Below, in pieces: positions 45,912 through 53,545 of a stretch of DNA of 53,545 nt. The DNA lies in the IMG/VR virus record IMGVR_UViG_3300001533_001828, positions 1 through 53,545 of that record. One strand, written 5' to 3'. Both the position numbers and the translations under genes were made by a program. Under the pieces are notes generated by a model. That model ran no database searches, was not told where the DNA came from, and was given only the letters and a program-made list of their open reading frames with translations. Source of the stretch: a virus. Taxonomy: Duplodnaviria; Caudoviricetes. How positions within the stretch are numbered: the first letter of the stretch is position 1; each line of letters begins with the position of its first letter.

Positions 45912-47367
45912 TATTACTATACAAAAGAAAAACGAAATCTATTTAAAAGTTCAAACTGAGCCACATATTCACCAAGAGTTATCTGAATATTTTACTTTTG
46001 AGGTTCCTGGTGCAAAGTTTATGCCTCAATACAGAAACAAATATTGGGACGGAAAGATAAGACTTTATAGTAACTATAATGGAGAAATATATGTTGGTCT
46101 TTTAGATAAAATCATATCTTGGGCGAAAAAAGCAAACTATACAGTTGAGTTTAAACATAATAAGTTTTATGGAGATCCTTTTGAACAAAATGAACTAATT
46201 TCATTTGAAGGTGTTTCAGATTATATGAAAAAAATATGCAAATATCAACCAAGAGATTATCAACTAAATGCAGTTTATGATGCATTAAAGTATAACAGAA
46301 AACTTTTAATATCTCCCACTGCTTCTGGAAAATCTTTAATGATTTATACTATAGTACGATATTTTACAGAAAAAGATAAAAAAATACTTTTAGTAGTACC
46401 AACAACCTCTCTTGTAGAGCAAATGTACAAAGACTTTGAAGAATATGGATGGGACTCTGATTTTTATTGTCATAAAATATATTCAGGAAAGGATAAAGAA
46501 ACAAATAAAAATGTAGTAATTACAACTTGGCAGTCAATTTATAACTTAAACAAAAGTTTTTTTGAAGATTATGATGTTGTAATTGGAGATGAAGCGCATC
46601 AGTTTAAGTCAAAGTCCTTAATAGGGATTATGACCAAGCTACATAGTACAAAGTACCGTTATGGATTTACTGGAACTTTAGACGGGTCACAGACGCATAA
46701 ATGGGTGCTTGAAGGTCTTTTTGGCCCATCATATAAAGTAACTCAAACAAAAGAATTAATTGATAAAGGTCATTTATCAAAATTAAATATAAAAATTTTA
46801 CTTCTTAAACATAATGAACATAAATTTGATGAATATGAAGAAGAAATACAATATCTAATCAATCATAATAAAAGAAATAAATTTATAAAAAATTTAGTTA
46901 TAGATTTAAAAGGAAATAGTTTGGTATTGTTTAATAGAGTAGAGTCTCACGGATATCCACTATATGAACTTATAAATAATTCAGTTGAAGACAAAAGAAA
47001 AGTATTTTTTGTCTATGGTGGTGTAAAAGCAGAAGAAAGAGAAAAAGTAAGAGAAATTACAGAAAAAGAAAATAATGCAATTATTGTTGCATCTTATGGA
47101 ACTTTTTCCACAGGTATTAATATTAAAAACTTACATAATGTAATCTTCGCTTCTCCATCTAAATCAAAAATTAGAAATCTCCAATCTATTGGTAGAGTTC
47201 TTAGAAAAGGAAAAGATAAAACAAAAGCAGTATTGTATGATATAGCAGATGATATTACATACAAATCTAGAAAAAATTATACTCTTAATCATTTGATAGA
47301 AAGAATAAAAATATATAATGAAGAAAATTTTAATTATGATATTATTCAAATAAATTTTAAAGAATAA
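45904..47367 (+). CDS. uvsW: SF2 DNA helicase UvsW
   Basis: PRDYQ, Walker A SPTASGKS, DEAH, GFTGT, FSTGINI, LQSIGRVLR. Confidence 0.95.
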   Translation: MADITIQKKNEIYLKVQTEPHIHQELSEYFTFEVPGAKFMPQYRNKYWDGKIRLYSNYNGEIYVGLLDKIISWAKKANYTVEFKHNKFYGDPFEQNELISFEGVSDYMKKICKYQPRDYQLNAVYDALKYNRKLLISPTASGKSLMIYTIVRYFTEKDKKILLVVPTTSLVEQMYKDFEEYGWDSDFYCHKIYSGKDKETNKNVVITTWQSIYNLNKSFFEDYDVVIGDEAHQFKSKSLIGIMTKLHSTKYRYGFTGTLDGSQTHKWVLEGLFGPSYKVTQTKELIDKGHLSKLNIKILLLKHNEHKFDEYEEEIQYLINHNKRNKFIKNLVIDLKGNSLVLFNRVESHGYPLYELINNSVEDKRKVFFVYGGVKAEEREKVREITEKENNAIIVASYGTFSTGINIKNLHNVIFASPSKSKIRNLQSIGRVLRKGKDKTKAVLYDIADDITYKSRKNYTLNHLIERIKIYNEENFNYDIIQINFKE

Positions 47368-47368
47368 A

Positions 47369-47761
47369 ATGGAAAAAGATTTTTATGCATCAATAAAAAT
47401 AATTTCTGGTGAAGAAATATTTTCAAAAGTCTGTTCTTATGATGAGAATGATAGTAATATTTTAATGATTGAAAATCCTGTAGTAATTGAAGAAATAAGT
47501 ATAAAAGAGTTTAAAAAAACTGCACTTAGATTTGAACCTTGGTTTAAATTTTCTACTGAATCTATTTTTATTTTAGATATGGATAAAATTGTAACAATAA
47601 CAGAAGTTGATGAGCCTATATTAATAAATCTTTATAATAAATATCTTAGAGAAAAAGATAGAGTTACAACTAAATCTGAATTGAACTCTGATATGGGATA
47701 TATTTCTTCAGTATCTAAAGCAAGAGAACTTTTAGAAAAGCTCTATAATTCTAGTACCTAA
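47369..47761 (+). CDS. Hypothetical protein between uvsW and gp55 (possibly Sm-like fold)
   Basis: FYASIKIISGEEIFSKV...ENPVVI...FEPW; position typical of T4-like cyanophages. Confidence 0.75.
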   Translation: MEKDFYASIKIISGEEIFSKVCSYDENDSNILMIENPVVIEEISIKEFKKTALRFEPWFKFSTESIFILDMDKIVTITEVDEPILINLYNKYLREKDRVTTKSELNSDMGYISSVSKARELLEKLYNSST

Positions 47762-47787
47762 AATATATCTTGAAAACCCACAGAGTT

Positions 47788-47816
47788 ATTTTAGTCATTA
47801 TTTGAGGACTTGTCAA
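47788..47816 (-). promoter_or_regulatory. Antisense sigma70-type promoter overlapping the gp55 promoter
   Basis: Minus strand TTGACA (47816-47811), 17-nt spacer, TAAAAT (47793-47788). Confidence 0.5.
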
Positions 47817-47839
47817 GTATTTAATTTATGTGGTATAAT
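47810..47839 (+). promoter_or_regulatory. sigma70-type promoter of gp55
   Basis: TTGTCA (47810-47815), 18-nt spacer, TATAAT (47834-47839), with extended -10 TGG. Confidence 0.7.
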
Positions 47840-47862
47840 CTTAACAAAGTAAAATATAAAAG

Positions 47863-48330
47863 ATGAGTAAATCAAAAAAGAATCCACATTATGTAAATAA
47901 TAAAGATTTTCACGATGCATTAGTTGCATATAAAAAGAAAGTTGATAGAGCAAAAGAAAAAGGAGAGAAAAAACCAAGAATTACTAACTATCTTGGTGAT
48001 TGTTTTTTAAAAATTGCTACACACCTTTCATATAGACCAAATTTTGTTAATTATATGTTTAGGGAAGATATGATTAGCGACGGTGTTGAAAATTGTGTTC
48101 AATACATAGATAGGTTTGATGTAAATAGAACAAATCCTTTTGCATACTTTACTCAAATTGTTTATTATGCATTTTTGCGTAGAATACAAAGAGAGAAAAG
48201 ACAGATGGAGATAAAAGAAAAAATTATTGAGCGTAGTGGTTTTGAAGAAGTTTTTTCTTCTGATGAAAGTGGATTTAATTCTGACTATAATACAATCAAA
48301 GAAAACGTTCATATTAAACTTTATCAATGA
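47863..48330 (+). CDS. gp55: Late-transcription sigma factor gp55
   Basis: HYVNNKDF, CFLKIATHLSYRPNFVNY, DMISDGVENC, NPFAYFTQIVYYAFLRRIQREK. Confidence 0.95.
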   Translation: MSKSKKNPHYVNNKDFHDALVAYKKKVDRAKEKGEKKPRITNYLGDCFLKIATHLSYRPNFVNYMFREDMISDGVENCVQYIDRFDVNRTNPFAYFTQIVYYAFLRRIQREKRQMEIKEKIIERSGFEEVFSSDESGFNSDYNTIKENVHIKLYQ

Positions 48331-49370
48331 AACTTGGGTTAATTACAGATACTCATTATAATTTTAAAAAAGCTAATAAATCTTTTCACGAATATTTTGC
48401 AAAGTTTTACAGTGAAATATTTTTTCCTATTTTAGAAGAAAGAAATATTGAAACTGTTATTCATCTTGGAGATGCTTTTGATAATAGAAAAGGTATTGAC
48501 TATTGGGCTCTTGAATGGGCGCAAAGAAATGTATATGATAAATTTAATGAATTGGGAATTGCTGTTTATAATATAGTTGGAAATCATGATGCATATCATA
48601 AAAATACAAATTTTATCAATTCTGTAGATTTATTACTTCAAGAATATAAGAATGTAATACCAATATCCAAACCAAAAGAAATATGTATTGATGGTTTAGA
48701 TACTTTAATGTTACCTTGGATATGTGAAGATAACCAAAAAGAAATAGATAATTTAATTAAAAACTCACAAGCAAAGGTTGTTTTTGGACATTTAGAGCTT
48801 TCTGGGTTTGCTGCTTATCCAGGACACATCCAAATCGAAGGAATGGATCCTTCTGGACTTAAAAAATTTGATAGAGTATTTTCTGGACATTATCATACAA
48901 AGAGCAATATCGGATCTATTCATTATCTTGGAAACCCATATCAAATGTTTTGGAATGATGTTAATGATACTAGAGGGTTTCATATATTTGATACTTCAAC
49001 TTATGAGTTAGAATACTTTAAAAATTATTTTAATATGTTTGAAAAGATATATTATGATGAAGATAAAGTATTTGGTGTTGATTATTCTTATGTTCGGGGA
49101 AAAATTATTAAAGTAGTTGTTCATAAAAAAACAAAACAAATTTTATTTGATAAGTTTATTGATGATCTTTTAAAGATTGGACCTTTAGATTTAAAGGTGG
49201 TTGAAATTATTGATATTGATGATGGTACGGTGGATGTTAGTGAAATTACATCAGAGGACACTATTTCCATTTTAGATAAATATGTAGAAGAATCTGATTT
49301 TGATCTAAATAAAGATATGGTAAAAAAAGTACTTAGAGAAGTTTATAAAGAAGCTTTAGAATTGGAATAA
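48327..49370 (+). CDS. gp47: Recombination nuclease gp47 (Mre11/SbcD-like)
   Basis: Metallophosphoesterase motifs DTH, HLGD, GNHD, GHLE and SGHYH. Confidence 0.94.
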   Translation: MKLGLITDTHYNFKKANKSFHEYFAKFYSEIFFPILEERNIETVIHLGDAFDNRKGIDYWALEWAQRNVYDKFNELGIAVYNIVGNHDAYHKNTNFINSVDLLLQEYKNVIPISKPKEICIDGLDTLMLPWICEDNQKEIDNLIKNSQAKVVFGHLELSGFAAYPGHIQIEGMDPSGLKKFDRVFSGHYHTKSNIGSIHYLGNPYQMFWNDVNDTRGFHIFDTSTYELEYFKNYFNMFEKIYYDEDKVFGVDYSYVRGKIIKVVVHKKTKQILFDKFIDDLLKIGPLDLKVVEIIDIDDGTVDVSEITSEDTISILDKYVEESDFDLNKDMVKKVLREVYKEALELE

Positions 49371-49657
49371 TGTACATACTTGCAATAAAAGGAAAGGAAG
49401 AGGAAGGTGCTTATGCAGTAACAGACGCGGACGGAGAGAAAGCTTTGTATCTATTTGACGATGAGGATGATGCTGTAAGGTATGCTGGACTATTAGAAGC
49501 AGAAGATTATCCCTTAATGTCGGTTGTAGAGGTTGAAGATGAAGTTGCAATAAAGACTTGTGAAATGTATGGATATCATTATGTTATAATTAATCAAGAT
49601 GAACTTGTAATACCTCCTAGAGAATATGATTTTATTCAAACGAATAGCTTATCGTAA
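49370..49657 (+). CDS. DUF3110-like protein (cyanobacterial family)
   Basis: LFDDEDDAVRYAGLLEAEDYP...C...GY...LVIPP matches my recollection of the cyanobacterial DUF3110 pattern. Confidence 0.65.
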   Translation: MYILAIKGKEEEGAYAVTDADGEKALYLFDDEDDAVRYAGLLEAEDYPLMSVVEVEDEVAIKTCEMYGYHYVIINQDELVIPPREYDFIQTNSLS

Positions 49658-51341
49658 CTTTTTATCTTCTGGAAATACTCCAACGGAAATTTTTTTGAAT
49701 GTAAGCGAAAATACATTAATTGTTGGTCACAATGGATCTGGTAAAAGCACTTTACTTGATGCATTATGTTTTGTTTTATTTAATAAAGCATTTCGTAAAA
49801 TTAACAAATCCCAATTAGTTAATACTATTAATGAAAAAGATTGTGTAGTAGAAGTTGAGTTTTCCATATCAAATAAAGAATATAAAGTTATTCGTGGTAT
49901 TAAACCAACTATCTTTGAGATATGGATTGATGGTGTTCTTCAAAATCAAAGTGCTTCATCAATGGATCAACAAAAATATCTTGAAGATATAGTACTTAAA
50001 CTTAACTACCGATCATTCACTCAAATTGTTATTTTGGGAAGTGCATCTTTTGTTCCATTTATGCAATTATCAACTTCTCATAGAAGAGAAGTTGTTGAAG
50101 ATTTATTGGATATTAAAATCTTTTCTTCAATGAATGTTATATTAAAGGAAAAAATTAAGAAGGTAAATGAAAAGATAAAAGAATTAGAAATTATTGATAC
50201 CTCAATTAAAGAAAAAATTTCAATGCAAGAAAAATTCATTGAAGAATTGGAAAAACGAGGCAAAAATGATATAGATCAAAATAACAAAAAAATTAAAACA
50301 TTATTAGATGAAATTGATTCATTCATTAATATTAATTTGGACTTGGATGAAAAGGTTAAAAATATAACAGAAGAACAAAAAAAAATTTCTGACGCATCAA
50401 ATAAACTTAAAAAGTTAAATAATCTGAAGGGAAAAATTACACAAAAAGCATCACAAGTATCAGAGCAATGTAATTTTTTTGCTAATAATACGGTTTGCCC
50501 TACTTGCACCCAAAATATTGATGAAAAAACTAAATTAAATAAAATTGAAGAACTTAATGTTAAAAAGAATGAATTTGAAAATGGAATTCGGAATATAGAA
50601 ACAACGATTATAGAAGAAGAAAAAAATCAAAAAAAGTTTTTAAACCTCTCTGATACTATTATAAAAATAAGTAATGAAATTACTCAAAACAATACTAAAA
50701 TATCATTTAGCCAAAGACATATCAAAGAACTTGAATGTGAAATTCAAAAGACTTCCGAAAAACTTAAAAATAAAAATATTGAACACGAAAATTTAGAAAA
50801 GTTAAAAAAAGAAAAAGAACTTCTATTTAAGAAAAAATCAAAATATAAAGAAGCAATTAATTACTTGGATTTTTCTCAATTTTTAATGAAAGATGGTGGA
50901 GTTAAAGCAAAGATAATTAAAAAATATATTCCATTAATGAATCAGCAGGTCAATAAGTATTTGCAAATGATGGATTTTTATATTAATTTTACCTTTGATG
51001 AAGAATTTAAAGAAAATATAAAATCTCCAATGCACGATGACTTTAGTTATGATAGTTTTAGTGAGGGTGAGAAAATGAGAATTAATCTTGCAATACTTTT
51101 TACTTGGAGAGAAATTGCAAAAATGAAAAATTCTATCAATACAAATCTTTTAATTATGGATGAAGTTTTTGATAGTTCTCTTGATATGAGTGGGACTGAT
51201 TATTTCACTAAAATTATAAAATATGTAGTAAAGGATTCTAATGTATTTGTAATATCTCACAAAGTTGATGAATTGACTGATAAATTTGATTCCGTTATAC
51301 AATTTAAAAAAGTTAAAGGTTTTAGTAAAATTATATCTTGA
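49626..51341 (+). CDS. gp46: Recombination ATPase gp46 (Rad50/SbcC-like)
   Basis: NFLSSGN, Walker A GHNGSGKST, zinc hook CPTC, signature FSEGEK, Walker B LLIMDEVFDSSLD, VISH. Confidence 0.95.
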   Translation: MILFKRIAYRNFLSSGNTPTEIFLNVSENTLIVGHNGSGKSTLLDALCFVLFNKAFRKINKSQLVNTINEKDCVVEVEFSISNKEYKVIRGIKPTIFEIWIDGVLQNQSASSMDQQKYLEDIVLKLNYRSFTQIVILGSASFVPFMQLSTSHRREVVEDLLDIKIFSSMNVILKEKIKKVNEKIKELEIIDTSIKEKISMQEKFIEELEKRGKNDIDQNNKKIKTLLDEIDSFININLDLDEKVKNITEEQKKISDASNKLKKLNNLKGKITQKASQVSEQCNFFANNTVCPTCTQNIDEKTKLNKIEELNVKKNEFENGIRNIETTIIEEEKNQKKFLNLSDTIIKISNEITQNNTKISFSQRHIKELECEIQKTSEKLKNKNIEHENLEKLKKEKELLFKKKSKYKEAINYLDFSQFLMKDGGVKAKIIKKYIPLMNQQVNKYLQMMDFYINFTFDEEFKENIKSPMHDDFSYDSFSEGEKMRINLAILFTWREIAKMKNSINTNLLIMDEVFDSSLDMSGTDYFTKIIKYVVKDSNVFVISHKVDELTDKFDSVIQFKKVKGFSKIIS

Positions 51342-51366
51342 CCTTTTTTCTGAAAGATGCTATTCT
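51338..51366 (+). promoter_or_regulatory. sigma70-type promoter ahead of the clamp/clamp-loader genes
   Basis: TTGACC (51338-51343), 17-nt spacer, TATTCT (51361-51366), with extended -10 TGC. Confidence 0.6.
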
Positions 51367-51396
51367 AGTTTTGAGAGTTTATTGTTTTTGATTAAA

Positions 51397-51807
51397 ATGG
51401 ATGAATATCCTTATAGCGGAGTAGAATATACATTCTCTATAAATGAGAATAATATGATCAATATAGATAAAAAAAATATTTCAAAAAAATATGAAATAAC
51501 AAATCAAAATGGATTTTGGAAATATAATGAAGATAAAATCCTAAAAGAAATCAAAGAATATCTTGGAAGTACTTATAAATCTCATTATACTTCTCAAGAA
51601 TCTAAAACTCAAACTCTTGATCTGATTGAGAGTATTGGCGATGCAGAACCATTTTGTCGCAGTAATGCAATTAAATATCTTTCTCGTTTTGGGAAGAAGA
51701 ATGGTAAATCAAAGATGGACATTCTGAAGGCAATCCATTATTGTATTCTTCTTTACCATTTTGCTGGACTTTGTAATGAAACTAAGAACCCCTATGAAAC
51801 TTTCTGA
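51397..51807 (+). CDS. DUF3310-like protein
   Basis: SHY...QTLDLIESIG...FCRSNAIKYLSRFGKKNG...DILKAIHY pattern. Start moved to the ATG at 51397, downstream of the promoter. Confidence 0.7.
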   Translation: MDEYPYSGVEYTFSINENNMINIDKKNISKKYEITNQNGFWKYNEDKILKEIKEYLGSTYKSHYTSQESKTQTLDLIESIGDAEPFCRSNAIKYLSRFGKKNGKSKMDILKAIHYCILLYHFAGLCNETKNPYETF

Positions 51808-52456
51808 TAAAACACTTTCCATTTTAAAAAACTTTTCTAGTATTAATCAATCAATTTTGGTTAAATCTGGAAATAAAATTCGTACAATGTCTATAATGAA
51901 GACTATTCTTGCAGAAGCAGAAGTTGATGAGCATTTCCCAAAAGATTTTGCTGTTTATGATTTGAATCAATTTTTGAATGGTCTTTCTCTTCATCAAGAT
52001 CCAGATTTAGATTTTGATAACGATAAGTATGTAATTATTAGAGAAGGAAAAAGAAAAGTAAAATATTTCTTTGCAGATCCTGAAGTTATTGTTTCTCCAC
52101 CCGATAAAGAAATTTCACTTCCAAGTAAAGATATTTGTTTTCAACTTGAACACTCACAATTAGATAAAATTAAAAAAGCTGCAGCGGTATATCAATTGGA
52201 TGATTTTTCTGCTATTGGTGAGAATAAAACAATTCGTTTAGTTGTTCGTAATAAAAAGAATGACTCATCTACTGAATACTCAATTGATGTAGGAGAAACT
52301 GATAGAGATTTTATTTTCAATTTTAAAGTTGAAAATTTGAAGATTATTCCTTCTTCTTATGATGTTGTAATGTCTTCAAAGTTGATTTCTCAATTTACAA
52401 ACGAAAATTATAAATTAAACTATTTTATTCCAATGGAGCCAGATTCAACTATTTGA
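51794..52456 (+). CDS. gp45: Sliding clamp gp45
   Basis: MKLSDKTLSILKNFSSINQSIL, FAVYDLNQFL, FNFKVENLKIIP, YFIPMEPDS. Confidence 0.93.
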   Translation: MKLSDKTLSILKNFSSINQSILVKSGNKIRTMSIMKTILAEAEVDEHFPKDFAVYDLNQFLNGLSLHQDPDLDFDNDKYVIIREGKRKVKYFFADPEVIVSPPDKEISLPSKDICFQLEHSQLDKIKKAAAVYQLDDFSAIGENKTIRLVVRNKKNDSSTEYSIDVGETDRDFIFNFKVENLKIIPSSYDVVMSSKLISQFTNENYKLNYFIPMEPDSTI

Positions 52457-52500
52457 TATTGTTATTTGTTCTATAATAATAAAATTATATTTACTTTGCT

Positions 52501-53460
52501 ATGGAAATTACTGAAAATAAGCCTTTTTTATGGGTAGAGGAGTGGGCACCAAAATCTGTTGAAGATTTGGTATTAAATAAAAACATTAAAGAATTTTTTC
52601 TTAAGGTTGAAAGAGATGGACAACTCAATCAAAATTTGATCCTTCAAGGAAGCCAAGGATGCGGTAAAACACAAACAATTAAAACATTATGTAATATTAC
52701 CAAACAAGATGTTTTGTTCCTTAATGGTTCTTCCGAGGGTAGATATCTTGATACTATTCGTAATCAAGTTATTAATTTTGGAACAACTGTTTCAATGTTT
52801 AGTGATAAAAAGAAAGTTATATTCTTTGATGAGTTTGATGGAACAACGAATGATGTAATGCTTTGTCTTCGTGGAGTTATAGAGCAACTTCATAAAAATG
52901 TTTGTTTTATTTTTACTTGCAATAATCTTAATAAAATTATTGATCCAATTAAGTCTAGATGTGCTGTTTTAAAATATACTCCGATTTCAAAAGAAGAAAA
53001 ACCTCAAATGATGTCGGATATTTTTAAAAGAGTTTGTTATATATTAGATCAAGAAAAAGTAGATTATGAAAAAAAAGTAATTCTTGAATTAGTTAAAAAC
53101 CATTTTCCTGATATTAGAAGTTTATTAAATGTTTTACAACACTATTCTACTATTGGTAAAATTGATACTGGTATTCTTTCTACTATTTCTGATATTAGGA
53201 TTGAGCCTTTAATTAAAAATCTTAAAGATAAAAACTTTTCAGAAGTTAGAAGTTGGGTAGCATCTAATATTGATAATGACCCAGAAAAAATGTTAAGGTT
53301 GGTTTATGATTCTCTTTACAAATATTTGGATGGACCAAGCATTGCTGCTTGTGTTTTAGTAATTGCAAAGTATCAATATCAGTCTGCATTTGTTTGTGAT
53401 CAAGAAATTAACCTCTTAGCAGCATTAACAGAGTTAATGGTTGAGTGTAAATTCCGATGA
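52501..53460 (+). CDS. gp44: Clamp loader AAA+ subunit gp44
   Basis: Walker A GSQGCGKT, LNGS, Walker B FFDEFD, FIFTCN, SRC arginine finger, HFPDIR, DQEINLLA. Confidence 0.92.
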   Translation: MEITENKPFLWVEEWAPKSVEDLVLNKNIKEFFLKVERDGQLNQNLILQGSQGCGKTQTIKTLCNITKQDVLFLNGSSEGRYLDTIRNQVINFGTTVSMFSDKKKVIFFDEFDGTTNDVMLCLRGVIEQLHKNVCFIFTCNNLNKIIDPIKSRCAVLKYTPISKEEKPQMMSDIFKRVCYILDQEKVDYEKKVILELVKNHFPDIRSLLNVLQHYSTIGKIDTGILSTISDIRIEPLIKNLKDKNFSEVRSWVASNIDNDPEKMLRLVYDSLYKYLDGPSIAACVLVIAKYQYQSAFVCDQEINLLAALTELMVECKFR

Positions 53461-53545
53461 GTTTTTATAAAATCGATTACAAATCTCTAAAGGAGATGCC
53501 AGTCAAGACAACTCCTGAGAATGTGAAAGAGGCAAATGAAGGTCT
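53457..53545 (+). CDS. 5' fragment of the next gene (hypothetical), truncated by the window edge
   Basis: ATGA overlap with the gp44 stop; open to the end of the window: MSFYKIDYKSLKEMPVKTTPENVKEANEG... Confidence 0.6.
   Translation, partial: MSFYKIDYKSLKEMPVKTTPENVKEANEG

Noticed and set aside
47104-47112. Isolated TTTTCCACA in uvsW
   Set aside because: Single copy inside the conserved TFSTG coding motif; compatible with chance.
34495-47367. Introns, inteins or homing endonucleases in gp17, gp20, gp23 or uvsW
   Set aside because: ORFs are uninterrupted and of normal length; no intein, HNH, GIY-YIG or LAGLIDADG motifs seen.
7443-50509. Short minus-strand ORFs nested in gp7, gp8, VrlC-like, fibre, gp14, gp15, gp17, gp21, uvsW, gp55, gp47 and gp46
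   Set aside because: All lie fully antisense to well-supported genes and have shadow-ORF composition.
1-53545. tRNA/rRNA genes or stop-codon reassignment
   Set aside because: No cloverleaf or T-loop context seen in the intergenic gaps; core genes are full length in the standard code and end in TAA, TAG or TGA.

Overview
AT-rich window from a T4-like myovirus, most likely a cyanophage (Kyanoviridae-like). That assignment rests on the gene order gp25-gp6-gp7-gp8-VrlC-like, gp13-gp23, gp3-uvsY-uvsW-gp55-gp47-gp46-gp45-gp44 and on a cyanobacteria-like DUF3110-type gene. All credible genes are on the + strand. Positions 4.5-53.5 kb are a fairly canonical baseplate/tail/neck/packaging/head and recombination/replication module, with TATAAATA late promoters and a few sigma70-type promoters. 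The first 3.8 kb is the unusual part, at the junction between small early genes and the structural operon. It holds seven perfect TTTTCCACA 9-mers (the cyanobacterial DnaA-box consensus) in two clusters around two tiny paralogous genes, plus an orphan near-consensus minus-strand sigma70 promoter, ~25-bp iteron-like repeats, strand-biased TTCGT motifs, short tandem arrays and a duplicated palindrome-plus-promoter cassette. Together these suggest a host-oriC-mimicking replication origin or DnaA-titration locus. Other leads are a modular protein between gp16 and gp17 with a T4-like capsid-targeting N-terminus (possible internal-protein polyprotein), a G-[IV]-G-[ST]-T-like motif pervasive across virion proteins near a GT-A glycosyltransferase, and overlapping divergent promoters upstream of gp55. 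All family calls come from motif recognition and synteny, not database searches.
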